Source: an uncultured Pirellulales bacterium (GTDB lineage Bacteria; Planctomycetota; Phycisphaerae; Sedimentisphaerales; SM23-30). From it: a stretch of DNA of 64,000 bases. The first letter of the stretch is position 1; every line of letters starts with the position of its first letter. Of this stretch, positions 39,566-46,628 are shown piece after piece. The stretch covers positions 1,225 through 65,224 of the forward strand of contig CAYZXY010000013.1 of the NCBI GenBank assembly GCA_964482555.1, written 5' to 3'. Made by a program: the position numbers and the translations under genes. Under the pieces are notes generated by a model that was not told the DNA's origin, did not search any database, and was given only the letters and a program-made list of their open reading frames with translations.

Positions 39566-40037
39566 CTTTGCCACCCGGAATATAACTTTTCAACAGCGTC
39601 ATAAAATTCGCATTAAACACGAAGTTTTCTTCCGGGAACTCCAGGCCCGCCATGTTCCGGTCGATATGACTGAACATCATGTTGATCTCCGCGATGAGTT
39701 TATCGCCGCAGCGTATCTCGCCGCTGATGGTTGCCGCTTCTTCGGCGATATTCTCAATGGTCGCTTCCAGGAAGAGTTGATCTCCCGGCCGAACAATATG
39801 ATGAAAAACGGCTTGGGCGATTTTGGCCAGAATGACCTTTTCCTTAAAGCCCCGGGCATGGCCGACCAGGATGCCGCCCGTCTGGGCCATAGCTTCAATC
39901 ATCAGCGAAGCGGGCATAATCGGGTACCCTGGAAAATGATCGTGCAGATGCTCTTCCGCCATGGTGACATTCTTGACGGAAACCGCTCGCTTGTCCGGTT
40001 CAAATTCTATAAATTTATCGATCCAAATCCACCGCAT
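39549..40037 (-). CDS. FabZ/FabA-like hotdog-fold beta-hydroxyacyl-ACP dehydratase
   Basis: HLHDHFPGYPIMPASLMIEAMAQTGG (catalytic His and Glu context). Confidence 0.85.
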   Translation of the reverse strand: MRWIWIDKFIEFEPDKRAVSVKNVTMAEEHLHDHFPGYPIMPASLMIEAMAQTGGILVGHARGFKEKVILAKIAQAVFHHIVRPGDQLFLEATIENIAEEAATISGEIRCGDKLIAEINMMFSHIDRNMAGLEFPEENFVFNANFMTLLKSYIPGGKVYPIG

Positions 40038-40063
40038 GAATTATGGTTACTCTCTACAAAGTT

Positions 40064-40155
40064 ACTTTCGCTTTTTTTGTGAGCGTTTTGCTGTTCCGCA
40101 GGGCCTTTTAAGCCCGATGATATTATTGATGACTTTCGAATAAGTGATCGAATAT
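40064..40155 (+). repeat. family-3 repeat in the 5' leader of the dehydratase gene
   Basis: TACTTTCGCTTTTTTTGTGAGCGTTTTGCTGTTCCGCAGGGCCTTTTAAGCCCGATGATATTATTGATGACTTTCGAATAAGTGATCGAATAT. Confidence 0.85.
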
Positions 40156-40254
40156 ATCAAACATATTTTATGTTGTTGATACAAAGGCCCTGTTAAGCCT
40201 TATTCAAAAATGGTATCACAGGAAAACGTGCGAAATCGCGCACCAGGATGCCGA

Positions 40255-40641
40255 CTAGATTTTATTTTCAATATATTTTACCACGGATTCCACCGTAAAT
40301 GAATCGCTGATCTTGTTGACATCCGGATCCTGTTCGAATGAACTGAAATCAACATGCGGCATGCTTTCCTTGAGCGTGGTCAGCCCGGCATCGGTCATAA
40401 TGCCGTCTTTGACATACTCATCATTCGACAAAATATTCTCCGCCGGAAACAACTCTTCCCGCGGAATTTTGATATCAAATGCTTTTTCCAGTCGAAATAC
40501 GATATCCAGAAAATCAATGCTTTCTGCGCCCAGGTCGCCCATCAGGGTCGCTTTGTTGGTGACTTCATCATCATCCACTCCCAAAGCATCGACCAGATTT
40601 TCCTGTACTTTGGCGAATATCTCTTCGCGGCTCATTGACAT
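40255..40641 (-). CDS. acyl carrier protein, unusually long (128 aa)
   Basis: Phosphopantetheine-site context DLGAESIDFLDIVFRLEKAF. An extension of about 50 aa follows helix III. Confidence 0.8.
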   Translation of the reverse strand: MSMSREEIFAKVQENLVDALGVDDDEVTNKATLMGDLGAESIDFLDIVFRLEKAFDIKIPREELFPAENILSNDEYVKDGIMTDAGLTTLKESMPHVDFSSFEQDPDVNKISDSFTVESVVKYIENKI

Positions 40642-40815
40642 AGTTCAGTAACCTCCACTTATATACCGTGTCATAATTAAATTGTAGCATGGGCATCTTG
40701 CCCGCGTTTATGGGACTGACGATTACGATGAATCGTCTCGATAACATTCGGACCTGGGCTGCGAACCCTTATTCTGACAAATCCGAACGCGGTTGTTTCT
40801 TCATGAAATTCGATT

Positions 40816-40920
40816 GATACGCGTTCCGATTGGTAATTCCCGTTTTGTCCAAGCGTAACTATGTGCGGACAAAGCCTTTACAACTGGCCCTGGCGGGAAT
40901 TCTCATACCCTTTGGGTATA
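40816..40920 (+). repeat. family-1 interspersed repeat, forward on + strand, same subfamily as 8890-8994
   Basis: GATACGCGTTCCGATTGGTAATTCCCGTTTTGTCCAAGCGTAACTATGTGCGGACAAAGCCTTTACAACTGGCCCTGGCGGGAATTCTCATACCCTTTGGGTATA. Confidence 0.9.
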
Positions 40921-40998
40921 GTCAATCGTGCGATTTTTCTGACTTCATTGATGTCATTTTGTCTCAAATAAAAACGAGGTTCCAGCTCCGTAGTACAA

Positions 40999-41466
40999 TT
41001 ACGCTCCCAGGAGTCTGGCACGCTGTCTCATCTCTTCAATCAACTGCCGGTCCATGCTCGCCATCTCCGCGTCCTCGTCAGCCAGATTGAAATGACTCAG
41101 TTTCAACCGGGCCGATACCATCGGCTGCTCGCCGACGAAGGCGTCGCCTTGAAAATCGCTTTCCTGGTCATCGATGGTTTTCGCCTGCAGGTCCAGCCGC
41201 AGAATATTTCCCGGCTTGACGAAACTTTTATATTTCACATTACGCGCTTCAGATAACACAATCATGCTGTGAGAAAAATCCTGGCTTACCCGGACCAGCA
41301 TCGCCGCGGCCTGCACCATCGCCTCGATCATCAAAACACCGGGCAAAACCGGAAACGAAGGAAAATGGTCCCCCAGATATTCTTCCGCCAGAGAGAGGGA
41401 TTTTATCGCCTGGATGCTCTTGCCGGGCTCCAGATTCGTTATTTTATCAATAAGAACAAACTTCAC
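40999..41466 (-). CDS. second FabZ-like hotdog-fold dehydratase
   Basis: YLGDHFPSFPVLPGVLMIEAMVQAAA. Confidence 0.85.
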   Translation of the reverse strand: MKFVLIDKITNLEPGKSIQAIKSLSLAEEYLGDHFPSFPVLPGVLMIEAMVQAAAMLVRVSQDFSHSMIVLSEARNVKYKSFVKPGNILRLDLQAKTIDDQESDFQGDAFVGEQPMVSARLKLSHFNLADEDAEMASMDRQLIEEMRQRARLLGA

Positions 41467-41563
41467 GTTCGCATCTTTCCTGAACTAATGAGTCAGTTGC
41501 TGTCAGTAACTCGTGCTATTGTAGTGGCCAGGGGATAGTTTTCCAGAGTTTTTTCCAGGAGAA

Positions 41564-42685
41564 TCAGCTTTTCATTTCCCCAGCCAGTTCGCAGAGCCGT
41601 TCGACTCCCATCTGGATCTTTTCGTTGCTGGTGGCATAGCTGATGCGGAAGTGGGTATTCCGTTCCGAAAACGCCGAGCCGGGCACGACGAGGACATCCT
41701 TCTTGACCGCCTCCATAATGAAATCGGACGCATGGCCATCAGGTGCCGGCACAAAGGCATAAAAAGCACCGTGAGGGCGTACCAGGTCGAAGGCGTCTTT
41801 CAGGCCATCATAGATCAAATCCCGCTTCTTGCGGTATTCATCAACGATAACGGTTAAATCGCTGTCCAAAACCTTTAAAATCGCTTTTTGGAACGGATGC
41901 GGCGCACAGACAAAGGTGTACTGCTGCAGCGAGGCCATGCGATCAAACAGCTCCTGATGAAACTCCGGGACCGCCAGATATCCCAGACGCCAGCCGGGAA
42001 TACCGTAGGCTTTGGAAAAGCCGCGCATAATCAGCGTGTTGTCATAATATTCTCCGATGCTTTTCACCGGTTCTTCATAACTGAAATCCATGTAAATTTC
42101 ATCGGAGATAACCAGCGGATTGGAGGGTTTAAGAACTTCCGCCAGTTTTTGCAGTCTGTCAGCGGGAATCACCTGGCCGGAGGGGTTTGATGGTGAATTC
42201 AGCAGAATAAGCTTGGTTTTATCGGTTATTTTTTCCGCGATCTTTTCCGGGTCAACCAGAAAATCCGGATACGTATCGACGTACACGCATTTCCCGCCCA
42301 GCAGATTTACAATATGCCGGTATATCACGAAATAAGGATCCGGGATAATGACCTCATCGCCGGGGTTGATCGTGGACATCAGAGTCAGTTGGATCGCACC
42401 GCTGACGCCGCAGGTAACAAGTATGTTCGGATTCTGCCAGTTGAGCTCCCGGGTGATTCGCTCTGCAATCGCCTCCTGAAGTTCCGGCAAACCCGTCGTC
42501 AGCGTATAAGTATGATGGCCATTATTGATGGCTTCTATGGCGGCATCCCGCAGAATTTCGGAAGGTCCAAAATCAGGTATACCGATACTGAAGTCGATCG
42601 GATCCTGCATTTTTTGTGCCAGTTGCCATACCTTACGAATACCGGAGGCATCAATTGATTTGACTCTTTCAGCGATTAAGTCCAT
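41564..42685 (-). CDS. class I/II pyridoxal-phosphate-dependent aminotransferase
   Basis: FSKAYGIPGWRLGY (PLP-lysine context). N-terminal region DFSIGIPDF is typical of AspC-like enzymes. Confidence 0.85.
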   Translation of the reverse strand: MDLIAERVKSIDASGIRKVWQLAQKMQDPIDFSIGIPDFGPSEILRDAAIEAINNGHHTYTLTTGLPELQEAIAERITRELNWQNPNILVTCGVSGAIQLTLMSTINPGDEVIIPDPYFVIYRHIVNLLGGKCVYVDTYPDFLVDPEKIAEKITDKTKLILLNSPSNPSGQVIPADRLQKLAEVLKPSNPLVISDEIYMDFSYEEPVKSIGEYYDNTLIMRGFSKAYGIPGWRLGYLAVPEFHQELFDRMASLQQYTFVCAPHPFQKAILKVLDSDLTVIVDEYRKKRDLIYDGLKDAFDLVRPHGAFYAFVPAPDGHASDFIMEAVKKDVLVVPGSAFSERNTHFRISYATSNEKIQMGVERLCELAGEMKS

Positions 42686-42700
42686 TTATTTCGCACCAGA

Positions 42701-42735
42701 ATTTTAAAAGCCGCTGTCCTCCGAGAGACAGCGGC
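42701..42735 (-). terminator. terminator-like hairpin between the small basic protein gene and the aminotransferase
   Basis: The minus strand reads GCCGCTGTC-tctcggag-GACAGCGGC followed by TTTTAAAA. Confidence 0.55.
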
Positions 42736-42841
42736 ATTTGATGTTATTGTGTTAACAGCTGCGGTATAAACCGCACCAGGGAGGGCCTGTTTCTGTAAGT
42801 GCTTTACATAAAGATGATTGCACAAGCCAGTCTGTGGAAAA

Positions 42842-43045
42842 TTAAGCCTTTTCATCCTTTGGCGTCTTTTTCTTCTTGCCCGTGACGATCTTGCGATTTG
42901 ACACTTTGGGTAGCCCGAATACGGAGTTGTTCTCTTCGTTCCAGCGTTCCTGATCTTCCAGAATGAAAAGCCGTTCGGCTCTGCTCAGGACATTACGGTG
43001 TCGAGAAAGTGAACTTGCGGATCTCAATGAGCGATCAATGGACAT
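42842..43045 (-). CDS. small basic protein (PVC-type, TIGR04137-like from recall)
   Basis: 67 aa and Lys/Arg-rich. MSIDRSLRS...HRNVLSRAER...GLPKV fits my memory of this family. Confidence 0.55.
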   Translation of the reverse strand: MSIDRSLRSASSLSRHRNVLSRAERLFILEDQERWNEENNSVFGLPKVSNRKIVTGKKKKTPKDEKA

Positions 43046-43223
43046 ATCTAGCTCCTGAATATAACTGTAACATCTTCACTTATAATTATTTACAATATTT
43101 CTGGGGCCGAGGCCCGCCTGGGTGTTTCGCTGATTTTGTATCAGGTAACAATCGTAGAACTTCGCATTCTAACACATATTTTTCGATTTTCTACCTTTTT
43201 TTAAGATTTTTTGTCAATGAATT

Positions 43224-43330
43224 TATACGGCTTCCGAGTGAGTTTCTCCGTTTTCTCCAACCATAACTGCTTACAAAGAAAACGGTTAGGCATTGACTTG
43301 TCCGGAGGTTTCTATCCGCTTGGGCAGATA
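43224..43330 (+). repeat. family-1 repeat, forward, degenerate
   Basis: TATACGGCTTCCGAGTGAGTTTCTCCGTTTTCTCCAACCATAACTGCTTAC...GGAGGTTTCTATCCGCTTGGGCAGATA. Confidence 0.6.
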
Positions 43331-43379
43331 GAGACTATTTGCTTGCCCGGCCCCAATAATTGCTATAGCATTTTCAGTT

Positions 43380-44525
43380 ATGAAGATTGTCGCTGATGAA
43401 AATATCCCGTTTGTTGATGAAGTGTTTGGCATGGAAGGACAGATTGTCAAGATGCCCGGCCGGCTGATGACCGCGGACACCTTGGAAGATGCCGAAGTGT
43501 TGCTGGTACGCTCCGTGACGAAAGTGGGTTGGGAGCTGCTGGAAAATTCCAGAGTCCGGTTTGTTGGGACGGCAACCATCGGAACCGACCACATCGATAC
43601 AGATTACTTGCGTAACAAGGGGGTATTTTTTGCCAGTGCCGCCGGTTCCAATGCTAATTCGGTGGCGGAGTATGTCCTTTTAGCCATGTTGAGTATCTCT
43701 CGGCGAGAGAAGTGGGATATTACTCAAAAAACGCTGGGGATTATTGGTGTGGGAAATATCGGTTCGCTGGTCGCGATAAAGGCCGCGGCGCTGGGAATGC
43801 CTGTTCTGCAGAACGACCCGCCGCTCGAACGGAAAACCCGCGATCCGAAATTTGTTTCCATCGAGCAGTTTCTGGCCAAGGCGGATATCATTACGCTGCA
43901 TGTGCCGTTAACCCGGGAGGGGCTCGATCCAACCTGGCATCTTTTCGATCGCGAACGAATTCAGGAATTGCGGCCCGGCGTAATGCTCATCAATACCTCG
44001 CGCGGGGCGGTCGTGGATAATGAATCACTGCTGGAACGGATACAGCAGGGCGATCTGGGGCCGGTTGTGCTGGATGTCTGGGAGAACGAGCCGGATATTA
44101 ATCTGAAGCTGCTGGAAAAAGTCGATATCGCCACACCGCATATTGCCGGCTATTCGCTTGACGGCAAAGCCAACGGCACACGGATGCTCCATCAGGCGTA
44201 TTGCGAATTCAGAAACCGCGAGAGTACGATAGATATCAGGCGGATGCTGCCCCGGCCGCCAGTGCCGGAGATTTGGCTGGAGGTGGATGACCATTCGGAC
44301 GAAGAGCTCATCCGGCAGGCGCTTTCGCGAATCTACAAACTGGGCAACGATGAACAGTGCCTGCGGGAAATGGCCAAATACCCCAAAGGCGAACAAAGCC
44401 ATTATTTTGATTTCCTCCGCCGAAATTACCCCATCCGACGCGAGGCCCAGAATACGACCGTGGAACTGACGGCAGAACGGCCGCAATTGCGCGAAAAACT
44501 CAAAACGATTGGATTTCGAGCGTAA
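43380..44525 (+). CDS. pdxB: 4-phosphoerythronate dehydrogenase
   Basis: MKIVADENIPFVDEVFG parallels E. coli PdxB MKILVDENMPYA. NAD loop GIIGVGNIGS. PdxB-type C-terminal dimerisation domain. Confidence 0.85.
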   Translation: MKIVADENIPFVDEVFGMEGQIVKMPGRLMTADTLEDAEVLLVRSVTKVGWELLENSRVRFVGTATIGTDHIDTDYLRNKGVFFASAAGSNANSVAEYVLLAMLSISRREKWDITQKTLGIIGVGNIGSLVAIKAAALGMPVLQNDPPLERKTRDPKFVSIEQFLAKADIITLHVPLTREGLDPTWHLFDRERIQELRPGVMLINTSRGAVVDNESLLERIQQGDLGPVVLDVWENEPDINLKLLEKVDIATPHIAGYSLDGKANGTRMLHQAYCEFRNRESTIDIRRMLPRPPVPEIWLEVDDHSDEELIRQALSRIYKLGNDEQCLREMAKYPKGEQSHYFDFLRRNYPIRREAQNTTVELTAERPQLREKLKTIGFRA

Positions 44526-44530
44526 TCCAC

Positions 44531-44551
44531 CCCCGACGTGATATGTCGGGG
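44531..44551 (+). other. post-stop hairpin motif CCCCGAC-GTGATAT-GTCGGGG
   Basis: 7-bp stem located 6 nt after the pdxB stop. Same arms as 25764-25782. Confidence 0.5.
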
Positions 44552-44769
44552 ATGATAGGTGAATCATTTCAGGGATTCATAAATTCAAAGTTTTGCCGAC
44601 GATTCAAATGCACCATAAAGATTTTGGATGTAGTTGAAGGTACTTGGCCCCGGCAGCTTAGACTACTTGGAAAAGACGGTTACCTCAGAGGTAATCTGGG
44701 AAAATTTTAACGAATAAAGGGATTAATATTTAATTAACATGATCTTAAAACAGAGCTAACATTCGACGT

Positions 44770-45052
44770 CTATGATTCACACACCAGAACGGTGGTACTG
44801 GGAGATTGAGAGAGCGCACCACTAGGTGCGTTACCGGGATTGAGAATACCCGGTTTGACAAATGAATACTGAAAACCCAGAGGGTTGCCAATACTCTCTC
44901 TCTCCCTCCCAGGCTTGAACCATCCCGAGCAATCAAGCCTGGGCCCGACAGTAATCGGCAGGAAGCCGAGACTATAAATCTGGCATGGATGATATCTTTC
45001 CAGAACGAATCGCCCCGCAAGAACCTCCTCATATTTTTGCGGGGCTTTTTTT
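44770..45052 (+). ncRNA. candidate structured noncoding RNA of unknown class (5' end uncertain)
   Basis: No credible ORF is present. Nested helices: CTGGGAG..GAGAGAG (44798-44814) pairs with CTCTCTC..CTCCCAG (44894-44912) and encloses the hairpins CGCACC-ACTA-GGTGCG and ACCGGG-N10-CCCGGT. A further hairpin GGCTTGA-N14-TCAAGCC follows. The region ends at an intrinsic terminator, GCCCCGCAA/TTGCGGGGC plus 7 T (45012-45052). Confidence 0.35.
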
Positions 45053-45187
45053 ATGGCCACAAAAAAGAGGTGGTATGTAAATATTTACGATAAAAGTAAT
45101 TACAGGCGTCATTCAGCCTGGCGGTTGTCTCGTCGTGATAAAAAGCCGGGCACATGTCCCGCTCTGAGAATTTGTCCGGCTAATCTC

Positions 45188-45215
45188 TTGCATTTTTTTT
45201 GGTTTTCTACATAAT
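45188..45215 (+). promoter_or_regulatory. putative sigma70-type promoter for tRNA-Ser
   Basis: TTGCAT, a 16-nt spacer, then CATAAT. The tRNA starts 19 nt downstream. Confidence 0.35.
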
Positions 45216-45233
45216 ACACTTTACAATCATTCT

Positions 45234-45318
45234 GGAGGAGTGGCCGAGTGGTTGAAGGCGGCGGTCTTGAAAACCGTTGTGCAGCAATGTACCGGGGGTT
45301 CGAATCCCTCCTCCTCCG
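45234..45318 (+). tRNA. tRNA-Ser (anticodon TGA), class II
   Basis: Acceptor GGAGGAG/CTCCTCC. Anticodon loop CTTGAAA. Long variable arm. T loop TTCGAAT. Confidence 0.9.
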
Positions 45319-45326
45319 TTTTGTAC

Positions 45327-45354
45327 AGGAATCCGATAAGCGATTCCTTTTTTT
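45327..45354 (+). terminator. rho-independent terminator after tRNA-Ser
   Basis: AGGAATC-N8-GATTCCT followed by a T run. Confidence 0.7.
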
Positions 45355-45440
45355 GTCGGGTTTTGTGAAATACATCTTCTGAAAAAGCGTCTGTAATGGT
45401 GTCGTTTTTGAGATATTGAGTTTCATACGGAGCAACAAAA

Positions 45441-46556
45441 ATGGCTGCCAGAAAATATTGCGGATATTTCACAGGACTGCTGTTGTTAACCATTTGTGTT
45501 TTTGCCTGTGGCGATTCAGGCCGGTTGGAAAAAATTATTCGGAATGAGGCCAATTACAAAGCTCTTCGCGGTTCCTATTCTGTTGCGGAGCATCTGGCCA
45601 ACTGGCGTGATGAAAGCCGTCAACGAGACATACCGGTCAAAATATATTATCCGAAAGCTCAGGAAGGGCGGTTTCCGGTTATCTGCTTCTCGCATGGCCT
45701 GGGCGGTTCCCGTGATGCGGGCGAATATCTGGGCCGGCATTGGGCCAGTCATGGTTATGTCTCGGTGCATGTGCAGCATATCGGCAGCGATGCCAGCGTT
45801 TGGGATGGAAAAAATCGCAAAGATATTATGCCAGCCATGCAGCGGGCGGCCAGTAATCCGGTCCACGCCATAAACCGGCCGCAAGATATTTCCTTTGTTG
45901 TCGATACCTTGAGCCGGCTTAACAACGACGAAAAATCGCTTTTTTACCATAGGCTCGATATGGAAAAACTGGGCATTTCCGGTCATTCGTTCGGTTCGCA
46001 CACGACGATGCTCATTGCCGGCCAGACTATGGGGCCTTTCCCCGCAACCGCGACGCAATACGCCGATTCCCGGTTTAAAGCCGCAATCCCCATGAGTTCA
46101 CCGGTCCCCAGACAAAAGCACCGTTTGCCGGAGGTTTATCGCCATATCAGCATTCCGTGTTTCCACATGACCGGTACACTCGATAACAGTTCCATAGGCA
46201 ATACACCAGCAGAAGAGCGGCGATTGCCATACGATAACACCGATCGACCGGATCAATACCTGCTTACCTTTAATGGCGGCGACCACATGGTCTTTTCCGG
46301 CCGGACTCGCCGCAATGTCACCCCCAACAGTCGTAAGGATCCCTTCTTTCATCATTTTATCAAGATGAGTTCTATTGCCTTCTGGGACGCTTATCTTAAA
46401 AAAGACGAACAGGCCCTGGCCTGGTTGACAGAAGGTCAGTTTGCCAGATTACTGGGTACGTATGGCGTGTTTGAGCAAAAAGCGGATAAAACGACCAAAC
46501 CAGTCAAAATGGCATCCGATACCGCCCCGCAAGCAACCGCTGCCGGGACACCATAA
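45441..46556 (+). CDS. secreted alpha/beta hydrolase (PAF-acetylhydrolase / dienelactone-hydrolase-like)
   Basis: Lipoprotein-like N-terminus. FSHGLGGSRD oxyanion region and the GHSFG nucleophile elbow. Confidence 0.7.
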   Translation: MAARKYCGYFTGLLLLTICVFACGDSGRLEKIIRNEANYKALRGSYSVAEHLANWRDESRQRDIPVKIYYPKAQEGRFPVICFSHGLGGSRDAGEYLGRHWASHGYVSVHVQHIGSDASVWDGKNRKDIMPAMQRAASNPVHAINRPQDISFVVDTLSRLNNDEKSLFYHRLDMEKLGISGHSFGSHTTMLIAGQTMGPFPATATQYADSRFKAAIPMSSPVPRQKHRLPEVYRHISIPCFHMTGTLDNSSIGNTPAEERRLPYDNTDRPDQYLLTFNGGDHMVFSGRTRRNVTPNSRKDPFFHHFIKMSSIAFWDAYLKKDEQALAWLTEGQFARLLGTYGVFEQKADKTTKPVKMASDTAPQATAAGTP

Positions 46557-46628
46557 TTTCCGGTTTGCTGGTTTATTTTCAGCGGCAGGGCTCTGGACCG
46601 GCAGATCCGATCTGATATAATGTAATGT

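Noticed and set aside
44745-45060. The structured region upstream of tRNA-Ser as RNase P RNA, tmRNA, SRP RNA, 6S RNA, or a TPP/cobalamin riboswitch.
   Set aside because: I looked for GAGGAAAGTCC and ACAGAA..CGGCTTA (RNase P), a tRNA-like 3' end with GGTTCGA (tmRNA), and GGTCCGGAAGGAAGCAGC (SRP). None is present on either strand. Only short chance similarities occur (AGAGCGCACC, TGAGAATACCC). It is kept as an unknown candidate.
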